Origin: Luminiphilus sp.
Lineage (GTDB): Bacteria; Pseudomonadota; Gammaproteobacteria; Pseudomonadales; Halieaceae
Assembly (NCBI GenBank): GCA_965660865.1
Contig: CBFIBL010000029.1
Location: 10,233 to 74,232, forward strand
Reading direction: 5' to 3'
Length of the DNA: 64,000 nt
Under the pieces are notes generated by a model. It did not search any database and was not told where the DNA came from. It saw only the letters and a program-made list of their open reading frames with translations. Shown in pieces: positions 1-9,582 of this stretch. Each line of letters begins with the position of its first letter. The first letter of the stretch is position 1. Both the position numbers and the translations under genes were made by a program.

Positions 1-705
1 ACCCTCGCCAAGCTTATGGATGACCCTGAGAGCATCTCCAACAAGGCTTTCCCATTCGCGACAACCAAGGAAATCACGGTCTGCGGTATCAAGGTGTGGG
101 CCTTCCGCATTAGCTATGTCGGCGAGCAGGGCTGGGAGCTTTACTTCCCGTTTTCTGACGGCCTCGCTATCTGGGATGCGTTGTTCGAACTGGGTGTCAC
201 ACCCGTCGGCATTGAGACCTACGCCAACAGCCGGCGTCTTGAGAAGAGCTTACGGCTACAAAATGCCGACCTCGAGACCGATTACAACCTCTACGAGGCT
301 GCCCTCGCACGACCCAAGGTCAAAGCCGCTGATTTCCACGGTAAAGAGGCGTATGTGCAGCAGCGGGAACTCGACGAGCAAGCGGCCTATCTCTGCACAT
401 TGGTCCTCAAAGACACGACGGATAGCAACGGTGTTGTGCGCTACCCCATCGGTAACTGGCCAATCCTCGATCGGGAGTCGAAAGAAGTCCTCATCGATTC
501 GTACGGCCGGCGTTCGTACACCACAAGCATGTCCTTTGGACCCAGTCTTGGGGTAAACATCGCCATGGGTTACCTACCTGCCGACAAAGCGAATGAGGGT
601 GACATTGTGCTTATCGAGTACTTCGGCGAGAACTACGAGGCTGAGGTGATGAAGGTTGGCTATGGTGCACTTTTAGACCCAACAAACGAGCGACCAAAGA
701 GCTAA
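1..705 (+). CDS. 3' part of a GcvT/aminomethyltransferase-fold (tetrahydrofolate-binding) protein, most likely the C-terminal domain of a dimethylglycine/sarcosine-type FAD dehydrogenase; 5' end lies outside the window
   Basis: Frame is open from nt 1 (first ATG at 16). Translation has T-protein-like segments (RISYVGEQGWELYFP, GIETYANSRRLEKSLRL). TAA stop at 703-705, followed by a GC hairpin. Confidence 0.7.
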   Translation, partial: TLAKLMDDPESISNKAFPFATTKEITVCGIKVWAFRISYVGEQGWELYFPFSDGLAIWDALFELGVTPVGIETYANSRRLEKSLRLQNADLETDYNLYEAALARPKVKAADFHGKEAYVQQRELDEQAAYLCTLVLKDTTDSNGVVRYPIGNWPILDRESKEVLIDSYGRRSYTTSMSFGPSLGVNIAMGYLPADKANEGDIVLIEYFGENYEAEVMKVGYGALLDPTNERPKS

Positions 706-726
706 CAACGCGTTGGTGAGTTAGAT

Positions 727-750
727 AAAAAAGGGGCCTCGGGCCCCTTT
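727..750. terminator. Bidirectional intrinsic terminator hairpin
   Basis: GGGGCC-tcg-GGCCCC stem-loop (733-747) flanked by an A-run (727-732) and TTT (748-750). Read on the minus strand it is followed by TTTTTT, so it can terminate both convergent units. Confidence 0.6.
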
Positions 751-974
751 CCTTCTCCTACGTTTCTTGAGCCTTTTTTCTGCTTTTTGCTTTCTTCTTA
801 AGTCCTATCATTGCACTAACGCCGTTGCTCTCCGCTTTGACCCCTTCTAACTATCGCACTCGCGGCTCTGGTCTACTTAGACCGCGGGCCCTGCTTTTTT
901 TTCGACCCTGCGTGCGTTGTAACGATATCTATCTAACCCCTGCTGCCCACGTATTCGCCACTGCGTAACCGGAA

Positions 975-2078
975 TTAGAATGAAGCCACTTCATTGGCGA
1001 ACACACCCTCGTCTGGCACCACACCCAAGCCAGGACCCGCAGGCACATCAATGTGACCATCGCGAATCACAATGCCATTTTTAGAATCGTAATGGCCTTC
1101 AATGTACGGCTGTGCCAACCAAACGCCCTGTAGGCGATTGGGAGCCACTGTTGCTCCCAGTTGAACACAAGCCGCTGCGATAATGTCTCCTCCCCATGAG
1201 TCATCGGAAGTGTGAGGCAAATTTCGCGCCTCACAGATATCCCTGAAAACAGACATTGGCTGTAAGCCACCAATTCGAGTCACTTTCATGCTGAAGCCGT
1301 CAGCAACACCTGAGCCTGCGACGCGCAACACTGTCGCCATATCAACAGCCGACTCATCGACAAACACCGGGTGATTGAGCATCGGCTTTACACTGGTTAT
1401 CTCCTCGAGCGAATCGCAAGGCTGTTCCAATACAAAGGGAATATCGGAACAGGCCTGACTCAACGTAATCGCATCGGCGGTTGTTAGCCCTCGGTTGCCA
1501 TCGACAGCGAGTCGCATACGGCCACCGACGGTCTCCCAAACTTTTCGAACAACAGCAATATCCTCAGCAACGGGCCTGCCGCCGATCTTTATCTGCATTC
1601 TGGGGTAACCCTCTGCGACCTTCTCCGCGGCAATTTTTGCAATATCGTCAGGCGTCCCAACGCCGCTTGCGTAATACGAGGGAACACGATTGACGGCGGC
1701 GCCGCCAAGCAGCGAGGCAACAGATCTTCCGGTCTTCTTACCGAGCGCATCAAATGCTGCGATATCGATTGCGGCCTTCGCATAGCGGTGCCCATTGAGT
1801 AGCGAGTTCATTTGGCGATGAAGTGTTAATGGTTCATCAAGCCTTGCGCCAATGAGGGACGGCGCCATCTCGATCAACGCCGCTCTGGCGCCCGATGCAT
1901 GACTCGGTGCATAAGTGGGTCCAACCGGACAGGTCTCTCCCCATCCAATGGTACCGCACTCGCTTTCCAACCTTACCAGCGTTGTATCGAGTTCATAGAC
2001 GGAGGCATTTGCCATCCGATAAGGGCCATTCTTTACCGGTAAATCGTGTTGGTAGATGCTGATCTTCTTAAGCTTCAT
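975..2078 (-). CDS. Enolase-superfamily enzyme (mandelate racemase/muconate lactonizing enzyme family, MLE-like; candidate amino-acid/betaine epimerase or hydroxyproline-type dehydratase)
   Basis: ATG at 2078 is Met47 of the 413-aa track ORF; the 46 upstream codons overlap the preceding SDR gene. Motifs: QIKIGG (strand-2 Lys), metal ligands [22 protein letters not shown] (strand-6 Lys). Confidence 0.8.
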   Translation of the reverse strand: MKLKKISIYQHDLPVKNGPYRMANASVYELDTTLVRLESECGTIGWGETCPVGPTYAPSHASGARAALIEMAPSLIGARLDEPLTLHRQMNSLLNGHRYAKAAIDIAAFDALGKKTGRSVASLLGGAAVNRVPSYYASGVGTPDDIAKIAAEKVAEGYPRMQIKIGGRPVAEDIAVVRKVWETVGGRMRLAVDGNRGLTTADAITLSQACSDIPFVLEQPCDSLEEITSVKPMLNHPVFVDESAVDMATVLRVAGSGVADGFSMKVTRIGGLQPMSVFRDICEARNLPHTSDDSWGGDIIAAACVQLGATVAPNRLQGVWLAQPYIEGHYDSKNGIVIRDGHIDVPAGPGLGVVPDEGVFANEVASF

Positions 2079-2085
2079 AAGTGTC

Positions 2086-2838
2086 CTACTGCGCGACGTA
2101 CCCGCCGTCAACGGAGAGCACAGTGCCCGTGATGTGGCGTTGCTCAGACAGGAAAACAATCGCTGCCGCAACCTCCTCCGGCTCGGCGACACGCCCCATG
2201 GGAATACTCGACTCATTGCGTGTCACAACCGACGCTTCCATAGAGGGGTCATCATGCTCGGAGAAAAGCATGGGAGAATTAATTGCCCCCGGCGCTACCG
2301 CATTCACAGTGATGTCTCTCGAAGCCAATTCGAGAGCCATTGTTCGAGTCAGTTGATCGACAGCGCCTTTGCTCGCGCAATAAGCCGCTAAACCCGCAGC
2401 GCCTACCTGACCACACGTTGAGGAGACACTAACGATTGAGCTACCCGGAGGTGCCACCTTGACTGCAGCGCGGCTCAGATAAAAAACACCATCAACGTTC
2501 GTTGTCATTACGCGTTGCCACTCATCATCGGTGGTCGACTCTGCGGTTCTTCTGACGATGACACCCGCGGAATTCACGAGATCGATAGGCGCTACACCCA
2601 ATTGCTTTATGACTCGGGACAAAGCGTCGTCAGAAAAAGCTGACTCCGTGATATCACCCGCGCAAATGAGTATTTCGGCACCGTCATCGCGTGCAAGCTT
2701 TGACGCCGTAGCCTTTAACTTTTGCCTGTCGCGCCCAATCAACACACAGTGCGACCCGCGCGCTGCAAACGCCTTTGTGCAAGCGGCTCCAACACCACTT
2801 CCCGCACCGCTAATAATTGCTATCCGCCGTTGGCTCAT
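2086..2838 (-). CDS. Classical short-chain dehydrogenase/reductase (SDR)
   Basis: GAGSGVG dinucleotide-binding motif, NSAG, YCASK catalytic motif. 250 aa. 7-nt gap to the downstream gene. Confidence 0.85.
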   Translation of the reverse strand: MSQRRIAIISGAGSGVGAACTKAFAARGSHCVLIGRDRQKLKATASKLARDDGAEILICAGDITESAFSDDALSRVIKQLGVAPIDLVNSAGVIVRRTAESTTDDEWQRVMTTNVDGVFYLSRAAVKVAPPGSSIVSVSSTCGQVGAAGLAAYCASKGAVDQLTRTMALELASRDITVNAVAPGAINSPMLFSEHDDPSMEASVVTRNESSIPMGRVAEPEEVAAAIVFLSEQRHITGTVLSVDGGYVAQ

Positions 2839-2876
2839 TCTCGCGCCTCCTTGGACGCTTACCTCTAATGCCTAAT

Positions 2877-3629
2877 CTATAGGTTGGGGAGTGGTAGCTT
2901 GGCAAGTCGCCCACCGTCTACGACGAACTCCTGTCCAGTGACAAACCCCGACTCGCTGCTCGCCAACCAGAACACGGTATTTGCGACATCTTCAGGAAGA
3001 CCGAGGCGACCCACCGGATGAAGCGCTTCAATCGCCTCATCAACCGCCTGGCGATCTGGATAGGCCGCCAGTAGCTGCTCGTTAAATGGTGTATTAATCC
3101 AACCGGGAGCGACACTATTGCACCGAATACCCAAAGGCCCGTACTCGAGCGCGGTATTGTGAGTGAAGGCGGCAACCGCTGCCTTTGATGCGGCATAAAC
3201 GCTGTGCAATGGGTTTGCGCCCAGCCCTTCAATCGAACTGATGTTTACGATGGCCGGCGCAGTAGCGGCTGGGTTCGAGAGGAGTTTGCGTGCGTGCTTA
3301 GTCGTCAGGAATGTGCTCTTTACGTTGACCGCCATCACACGATCCCAGTCTTGCTCAGCAAGCTCATGGATTGGCGTCTCAACGCAAATCCCCGCGTTAT
3401 TCACGAGAACATCCAGGTGTCCAAGTTTCGCTTCAACCTGCGCCATCAAGGCAGAAACACTCGTCTCATCAGCAACATTGGTTTCGATGAAGGCAACGTT
3501 CGGATTTTCGGGCGCATTCAAATCAGCACAAATGACAGTATCACCTGCCTTCAGGAAGCGCTCCGCAATCGCCGCACCGATGTTTTGCGCGGCACCTGTG
3601 ACTAAGACAATCCGGGACGACGTGCTCAT
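2877..3629 (-). CDS. Classical short-chain dehydrogenase/reductase (SDR)
   Basis: TGAAQNIG, NNAG, YAASK motifs. 250 aa. 4-nt overlap with the upstream FAH gene. Confidence 0.85.
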   Translation of the reverse strand: MSTSSRIVLVTGAAQNIGAAIAERFLKAGDTVICADLNAPENPNVAFIETNVADETSVSALMAQVEAKLGHLDVLVNNAGICVETPIHELAEQDWDRVMAVNVKSTFLTTKHARKLLSNPAATAPAIVNISSIEGLGANPLHSVYAASKAAVAAFTHNTALEYGPLGIRCNSVAPGWINTPFNEQLLAAYPDRQAVDEAIEALHPVGRLGLPEDVANTVFWLASSESGFVTGQEFVVDGGRLAKLPLPNL

Positions 3630-4501
3630 ACGAAGGGAACAGGCGCTGAGTAATTGTTTTGTGGGCTAGTGACTACGCTGCGCTGACTTCCGAGTTTGTC
3701 GATCACAACCTCGACCACATCGCCCGGCTGCAGATACTGCTGTGGCCTCATGCCATATCCGACACCGGGGGGCGTACCGGTCATCAACACGTCGCCCGGC
3801 TGCCAGCTCACATAGTTGGATAAAATCGATACGAGTTCCGCAATGCTATACATCATGTCCGAGGTATTACTGGACTGCATCGTCTCACCGTTTACCTGAC
3901 AACTAATATCCAGCTGATTGGGATCACCTACCTCGTCTTTCGTGACTAGCCATGGACCAAGCGGCTTCAGCGTGTCAGCGCTTTTACCCTTGGTCCACTG
4001 AGAGCCACGCTCAAGCTGGAACACGCGCTCAGAAACATCATTACTCGTGCAAAAACCGGCAACGTAATTCATTGCGTCAGCAGCAGGAATGTTCTTGCCC
4101 GCTTGACAGAAAACCACAGCCAATTCAGCTTCCCAATCGAGCTGCGTGCCACCTTCGGGGATCACTATCGAATCAGTAGGTCCCGTAATTGCGCTCGCTG
4201 CGGTCAACATAAACATAGGCTCGGCGGGCGGCTCCATACCAGCTTCCGCCGCGTGCTTGCCGTAGGTCAGCGCGCAGCCGACTATTTTTCCAGGGCGGGA
4301 GATAGGCGCGCCTAATCGAGTATCCGCATCAAGCGCAGGAAGCGTGCTCAGGTCAACCGATCGGACTTGCTCAATTACCGAGGGCACTAGACTTCGGTAG
4401 TCCCAATCAGAAATTAACTCGCTGAGATCACGAATAACACCCGTGTCATCTATGACTCCTGGCTTCTCACTTCCTAATTCGCCGGCTCTTACCAATTTCA
4501 T
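3626..4501 (-). CDS. Fumarylacetoacetate hydrolase (FAH) family protein (2-keto-acid hydratase/hydrolase/decarboxylase type)
   Basis: Typical FAH-family layout (MKLVR... N-terminus, EAELAVV, TGTPPGVG). 4-nt overlaps at both ends. Confidence 0.8.
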   Translation of the reverse strand: MKLVRAGELGSEKPGVIDDTGVIRDLSELISDWDYRSLVPSVIEQVRSVDLSTLPALDADTRLGAPISRPGKIVGCALTYGKHAAEAGMEPPAEPMFMLTAASAITGPTDSIVIPEGGTQLDWEAELAVVFCQAGKNIPAADAMNYVAGFCTSNDVSERVFQLERGSQWTKGKSADTLKPLGPWLVTKDEVGDPNQLDISCQVNGETMQSSNTSDMMYSIAELVSILSNYVSWQPGDVLMTGTPPGVGYGMRPQQYLQPGDVVEVVIDKLGSQRSVVTSPQNNYSAPVPFV

Positions 4502-5472
4502 GCGTGCTTCTCCATTATTTGAGTAAATAGTGCGTCCAGTGAAATACCACGCGAACGCGCCGCCTCGAAAGTCGCCATTGTGTCCTCAACACCGCGCTTA
4601 ATGGAGCGGTACGGCTTGATCTGTAGCAAGGTATCTAAAGCCCCATCATCGTTATTGGCAGGAAATGGCATAGCGTCACCCGAAGCAGTCAACGCGACAT
4701 GAGGTGCATGTGCCCTGACAAGATCCAAGATCTGATCGACAGAGGCGGGTGTACCATTCATATCAAAGACGTGAGCACCCTCATAGTTCTTTGCTGCTGC
4801 TGCAATAAACCGCTGGGCTGCGTCCTCAACATGGACAAAAGCGACGTCGCCGGTGAAGGGCGTTTCGTAATCTCGCCCTGCTGACGCGGCGAGCATCGCT
4901 ATCGTCGGTGCCGAACTCATCCCTTGGTCGCGACCAGGCCCGTAGATAATGCCGGGACGAATGCCGACACTGGGAACCCCCCAGTCCTGCCAATAAACAG
5001 CTGCCATTTGCTCACCGCAGACTTTATGCGCACCATAGAGCGTCGATAAGGCGTTAGCAGACGTCATCGCTGGCGCAGCAATCGAACTCGCATAACTCAG
5101 CCGAGAAATGGACTGTTGCCTCGCCACTTCGAGAATATTGATACTGCCCATAACATTTATCTGGGTGCTACCAACCGGATCTGCCTTACAAAAAGGCACC
5201 TGCAACGCCGCAAGATGAATCACAGCTTCAACGCGATACTGTGCGCATACTGATCGCAGGCGCGCGTAGTCTGCAATATCACCGCACTCCCACGCCACAT
5301 CATCAGCGCCATCCATGATTAGGTTTAGCCGCTGACGATTTTCAACGATGTCAAAAACGACAGGATGCGCGCCAGACTCAGACAAAATCTTCACGACCCA
5401 CGCGCCGATACAGCCAGCAGCGCCAGTAACTAAGACCGATTTTCCCGTCAATACATGGGCGTGACTCATCAC
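4498..5472 (-). CDS. NAD-dependent epimerase/dehydratase family protein (extended SDR)
   Basis: TGAAGCIG Rossmann motif, YGAHK catalytic motif. 324 aa. Confidence 0.8.
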   Translation of the reverse strand: MMSHAHVLTGKSVLVTGAAGCIGAWVVKILSESGAHPVVFDIVENRQRLNLIMDGADDVAWECGDIADYARLRSVCAQYRVEAVIHLAALQVPFCKADPVGSTQINVMGSINILEVARQQSISRLSYASSIAAPAMTSANALSTLYGAHKVCGEQMAAVYWQDWGVPSVGIRPGIIYGPGRDQGMSSAPTIAMLAASAGRDYETPFTGDVAFVHVEDAAQRFIAAAAKNYEGAHVFDMNGTPASVDQILDLVRAHAPHVALTASGDAMPFPANNDDGALDTLLQIKPYRSIKRGVEDTMATFEAARSRGISLDALFTQIMEKHA

Positions 5473-6467
5473 GACTGCCTCCGTAATTTTTCGCTGAAGG
5501 CATTCAAACTTGCGACTGCCTCAGCCATTCTCTCCCCCAGTGCCTCGGGGTCATCCGACAGCCGGATATCATTCAATAGCGCGTCCAAACGAGCCGACGT
5601 CCGCCAAAGCTCGTGGCGCGCCAATTCAGGCCGAATCGCAGGGTCCTCCCAGTCGGCCATATTGAGCGTATTCGTCGAATCGTGCGCGGAAGCTGGCAAC
5701 ACTTCAAACGAGGGGATCATGGTGATGCGACTTGCGCGTTCGAGCAAACGACAGGCGCGATGGAAGATCATCGTTCCCTGTTGTAAAAAGCCATAACCGG
5801 CGTCAGGAAACGGAATCGTCGTTACCCGCTCTGACGGCAGTTGGGCGTCACGACCCTCCTCTCCCTCAATACCGAGTAATGCCTGTCCTTCTTGCTTAGT
5901 CCCTTGGAAGACTTGGAATTCGCCGCCTTTAAGGACATGCGGGTCGGTGACCATCATGACGATATCGAAGCCCACCGAATCCACATGCCAGGTATCGACG
6001 GCGCGCGTGATGTCCTCGGGTGCATAGTTTATGCCGCAGGCAACCGCAGGCACGGAATGTCTCCCAAGTCGCGTGCCTGCAATCTCTGACAGATGGGCTG
6101 CTAGTTCAGGGGAGTCACAAAAATTGCGGATGAACGTCGAGCGATAGCCCGCACCTCGCGCGTAGCTACCCAAGCGGTTTGCACCCGTACCCGCGCTTGC
6201 ATTACGGTTATCGTAAATTTGCTCACAGACGTGCCGCATTGCCTCAACACCTTCATCAGACAAGATACGGAAGGCTGAGCTGTAGGCAAAATCTGAGGCA
6301 AACCCCTCTAACTCGCTCTCTTGATAGCCCAATTCACCTAATTTAAATGTTTCACTAGGTAACCCCAGAGCAAGATGTTTGTTCGGATCGAAGGTGGGTT
6401 CGTCGACAAGCTGCTTGTAGGGATCCGGACGACCGGCTGGAAAAGGAAGTGCGTGGTCTTTATTCAT
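5469..6467 (-). CDS. Uncharacterised protein with a Fe(II)/2-oxoglutarate-oxygenase-like motif pattern
   Basis: H161-V-D163 (TWHVDS), GGEFQVF, distal H236 (MIFHRA) and R247-I-T 11 residues later. This matches the HxD...H...RxS spacing of double-stranded beta-helix oxygenases. No family recognised by name. Confidence 0.4.
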   Translation of the reverse strand: MNKDHALPFPAGRPDPYKQLVDEPTFDPNKHLALGLPSETFKLGELGYQESELEGFASDFAYSSAFRILSDEGVEAMRHVCEQIYDNRNASAGTGANRLGSYARGAGYRSTFIRNFCDSPELAAHLSEIAGTRLGRHSVPAVACGINYAPEDITRAVDTWHVDSVGFDIVMMVTDPHVLKGGEFQVFQGTKQEGQALLGIEGEEGRDAQLPSERVTTIPFPDAGYGFLQQGTMIFHRACRLLERASRITMIPSFEVLPASAHDSTNTLNMADWEDPAIRPELARHELWRTSARLDALLNDIRLSDDPEALGERMAEAVASLNAFSEKLRRQS

Positions 6468-6496
6468 ACAGCCTAGTCCTCTCTGAGAAGGTTTAG

Positions 6497-8515
6497 CTAG
6501 CCGCGACGGCGTCGTCTGCGAGGCGCTTCAAGCGCATCAGACGCCTTCTGTGCCGGCCGCTCGATAACGGAGAATAGATGCGAGAACGGATCTGACTTAT
6601 GGGGAAACGCCATGGCGGCGACGAAATAATCCTGAAAATCTGTCTCCGTTGCCGTCTCGATACGCTCAGCCTTGTTGACAGTGCGCTGGATACTCTCGCG
6701 TGCACCATGATCCAAAAGAGCGATTCGCGCCCCAACACCTGCGGCATTTCCGGCGGACGAGACATGATGGAGCGAGCAATCCGGTATCAATCCAAGCACC
6801 ATGGCGTGCTCAACGCTGATATGACTCCCAAAGGCACCAGCAAGGCGGATACGATCCACCGCGGAGACCTCCATCTTGTCCATGAGTAATTTAATACCAG
6901 CGTAGAGTGCAGCTTTTGCGAGCTGGATCTGACGTACGTCGTTTTGCGTCACGACGATATCGCGCTGAGACTCATCCTCGGCAAAATGCAACACATAAGA
7001 CCAGGTGCGGCCATGGGCGCGAACGCGTGACGTGCGCTTGGCGAGCGCTCCGTCAACAATGCCGTCCTCTGAAATAATGCCTGCAAGAAACATTTCGGCG
7101 ATTACCTCGATAATGCCAGAGCCGCAGATACCCGTAATACTTAGATCGCGGGTCGACTCACTGAAATCGGCATCGGTAGACCAAAGCTCCGATCCAATCA
7201 CTCTGAATTTAGGCTCGAGGGTTTCACGATCGATTCGCACTCGTTCAATTGCCCCAGCAGTGGCCCGCTGCCCTGCGCTGATCTCACCTCCCTCGAAAGC
7301 GGGCCCTGTCGGACTTGAGCAAACCAATAGTCGGTCTTTATTGCCCAGAACGATTTCTGCATTAGTGCCCACATCGACAATCAAACTCATGGCATCATCG
7401 GTATCGGGACTCTCAGCTAGAATCACACCTGCGGTGTCCGCACCTACATGACCTGCAATACAGGGCAGTACGAAAAGCCGTGCTTGCTTGTGTGCATCCA
7501 GCCCCAAATCAGTTGCCTTCAGCGTTACCGCCTCGTCGACCGTCAGCGCAAACGGGGCTCCCCCCAAATTGACCGGGTTAATGCCCAGAACCAAATGGTG
7601 CATGATTGGATTGGCGACTAGCGAGATCTCCAATATATTATCGGTGGTCTCGCCCAGCTGATCCGTAAGCTCTACAAACAGTTTGCTAAGCGCAGTCTGA
7701 ATCGCAGCGCTCATCGCCTCAGCACCCTCGGGGTGCATCATGATGTAACTCACGCGACTCATGAGATCTTCGCCAAACGGAATCTGCGGGTTCATCACGC
7801 TCGCTGATGCGAGCACATCGCCTGTGGCAAGGTCACACAGGTGTGCCGCAACTGTGGTGGACCCCACATCAACTGCGACGCCTCGGGGTGATTCAAACAG
7901 GCCCGACCAGATGCCTATTATCTTTCGAGATTCAAAGACGGCAACAGTTACGCCACGATCACCCGACGCAAGAGCAGTTTGGAGATTTACAAGTTCAGAC
8001 GTCTCTATCGCTAAATCAGTAAGCTCCCAATCTTTCGCCAGTGCTTCAAGTAAGAGCTTTGACTCACCCCGCGCATCCTCAAGCGTCGACTCGGGCAGCG
8101 TTACAAAATACAAGCGAGTTGCCGTATTCAGCTGAATATCGCGATGCTCGGCGTCTTTACGGATAATTTGACGATGTACCTGACTTTCGGGAGGCACATC
8201 GATAATCACGTCGTCGAGTAATTCAGCATGGCAACTCAGGCGTCGCCCCTCAGGGAGAGGACCTTTTCGCTCGTTAAATTTAACTTCGGTTGCAACAAGT
8301 GGAGAGAGATGCTCCGGACTCGAGGTCATCTTGTGCTTCTGAAACGTCCCGGACATGCAGGCGATCTGACAACGACCGCACAGACCGCGACCCCCGCAGA
8401 CCGAGTCGATGTCAACGCCGAGTATTCGAGCAGCCTCGAGCAGTCGGGTGTGCTTTGCAAACTCGCCCCGCTTTCCCGATGGCAAAAAGAGTACTTTGAC
8501 CTGCTCGACAGACAC
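6497..8515 (-). CDS. Corrinoid reductive activator (RACo/RamA-like): N-terminal [2Fe-2S] ferredoxin domain fused to an ASKHA ATPase domain
   Basis: CGGRGLCGRC ferredoxin motif near the N-terminus. Long ASKHA-type body (VDVGSTT..., VDVGTNAE..., GICGSG). 672 aa. Sits directly downstream of the methyl-corrinoid:THF methyltransferase. Confidence 0.8.
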   Translation of the reverse strand: MSVEQVKVLFLPSGKRGEFAKHTRLLEAARILGVDIDSVCGGRGLCGRCQIACMSGTFQKHKMTSSPEHLSPLVATEVKFNERKGPLPEGRRLSCHAELLDDVIIDVPPESQVHRQIIRKDAEHRDIQLNTATRLYFVTLPESTLEDARGESKLLLEALAKDWELTDLAIETSELVNLQTALASGDRGVTVAVFESRKIIGIWSGLFESPRGVAVDVGSTTVAAHLCDLATGDVLASASVMNPQIPFGEDLMSRVSYIMMHPEGAEAMSAAIQTALSKLFVELTDQLGETTDNILEISLVANPIMHHLVLGINPVNLGGAPFALTVDEAVTLKATDLGLDAHKQARLFVLPCIAGHVGADTAGVILAESPDTDDAMSLIVDVGTNAEIVLGNKDRLLVCSSPTGPAFEGGEISAGQRATAGAIERVRIDRETLEPKFRVIGSELWSTDADFSESTRDLSITGICGSGIIEVIAEMFLAGIISEDGIVDGALAKRTSRVRAHGRTWSYVLHFAEDESQRDIVVTQNDVRQIQLAKAALYAGIKLLMDKMEVSAVDRIRLAGAFGSHISVEHAMVLGLIPDCSLHHVSSAGNAAGVGARIALLDHGARESIQRTVNKAERIETATETDFQDYFVAAMAFPHKSDPFSHLFSVIERPAQKASDALEAPRRRRRRG

Positions 8516-8524
8516 GTCTGCGCG

Positions 8525-9421
8525 TTAGCCCCTTCGACGACCCGAACGACCGCGACGCGCGCCAGCCCCTTCCGGTGCGGGCTCACGATAAGCTTTGATC
8601 CAGTTAGCACAGTCAGGATCGTGTCCCATCATGACATCGCCACCTCTCACGGCCTGCATCACTTCAGCGTGCAGTGGACTCGTAATCGCAGACGTTATAC
8701 CCGCACCCATCGCCATGGTGAGGAATGCTGCATTGATACCGTTTCGATTAGGGAGACCAAAGCTTACGTTTGACGCGCCACAAGTCGTATTGACCTTGAG
8801 TTCTGTACGAAGGCGACGAACTAACTCCATGACCTGGACACCCGCTTGGTTGATAGCACCAATCGGCATGACAAGTGGATCGACGACAACATCTTGGTGC
8901 GAAATACCGTAGTCGGCTGCGCGCTCGACAATCTTCTTGGCTACGTTGAACCGTTCGTTCGGGTCCTCCGAAATGCCGGTCTCGTCATTTGAGATAGCCA
9001 CAACAGCAGCCCCATACTTAGCCACGAGAGGGAGCACTCGCTCGAGGACTTCGTCCTCACCCGTTACCGAATTCACCAAGGCTTTACCTTGATAGACGGA
9101 AAGCCCTGACTCCAACGCTTCCACAATTGAGGAATCAATACTTAAGGGGACGTCAGTGACCGACTGAACAAGTTGCACAGCCTCCGCGAGAATTCGAGGC
9201 TCATCAGCGAGTGGAATACCTGCGTTCACATCCAGCATATGCGCACCTGCAGCAACCTGCGCAAGCGCATCAGCCTCAACACGGCTGTAATCACCGTTTT
9301 TCATTTCTTCAGCAAGAATCTTGCGTCCAGTGGGGTTAATGCGCTCGCCGATAACCACGAATGGTTGATCAAAACCGATACGAACTTCTTTTGTGGCCGA
9401 GCTAATTATGGTTGTGGTCAT
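8525..9421 (-). CDS. Pterin-binding methyltransferase (methyl-corrinoid:tetrahydrofolate methyltransferase, MtgA/AcsE/MetH-module-like)
   Basis: Pterin_bind-type TIM-barrel sequence (VIGERINPTGRK, LDVNAG, SIDSS, NSV, CGASNVSFGLP). I prefer the ATG at 9421, preceded by GGAGAC; the track ORF extends to ATG 9457. Confidence 0.8.
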   Translation of the reverse strand: MTTTIISSATKEVRIGFDQPFVVIGERINPTGRKILAEEMKNGDYSRVEADALAQVAAGAHMLDVNAGIPLADEPRILAEAVQLVQSVTDVPLSIDSSIVEALESGLSVYQGKALVNSVTGEDEVLERVLPLVAKYGAAVVAISNDETGISEDPNERFNVAKKIVERAADYGISHQDVVVDPLVMPIGAINQAGVQVMELVRRLRTELKVNTTCGASNVSFGLPNRNGINAAFLTMAMGAGITSAITSPLHAEVMQAVRGGDVMMGHDPDCANWIKAYREPAPEGAGARRGRSGRRRG

Positions 9422-9457
9422 GAGTGTCTCCGATGCACTTATTTTCTTGACGTGCAC

Positions 9458-9499
9458 GCCTGTTATTAAATATCTACTGCCTGTTATTAACTATTTACT
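9458..9499. repeat. Tandem 21-bp direct repeat (2 copies, 19/21 identical) in the largest gap inside the cluster
   Basis: gcctgttattaaatatctact / gcctgttattaactatttact. Lies immediately upstream (minus sense) of the pterin-binding methyltransferase start. Confidence 0.9.
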
Positions 9500-9582
9500 G
9501 ATAGTCGGCTAACTACAGCTTGACCGAGTACCGGGCTGCTCTTAAGTCGCGATGTGTAACGTCTCAGAGCCCGAGATGCAAG

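Noticed and set aside
2079-2216. N-terminal extensions proposed by the ORF track: 975-2216, 51360-52151, 45617-46645, 56558-57349, 26110-28233, 40425-41612, 28481-28894, 14372-14785
   Set aside because: In each case an internal start matches the conserved family N-terminus or signal peptide. All but one (ATG 46597, placed 1 nt after the thiolase stop) also have a good Shine-Dalgarno sequence. The extensions overlap neighbouring genes or are low-complexity.
8228-8773. Long antisense ORFs opposite confirmed genes. Examples: 8228-8773 (181 aa), 63199-63822 (207 aa), 49384-49878 (164 aa), 47253-47756 (167 aa), 23017-23466 (149 aa), 7005-7451 (148 aa).
   Set aside because: Each lies fully inside a well-supported gene on the other strand. 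Their composition is low-complexity Arg/Ser/Pro/Ala-rich, typical of shadow frames. They have no motifs and no RBS.
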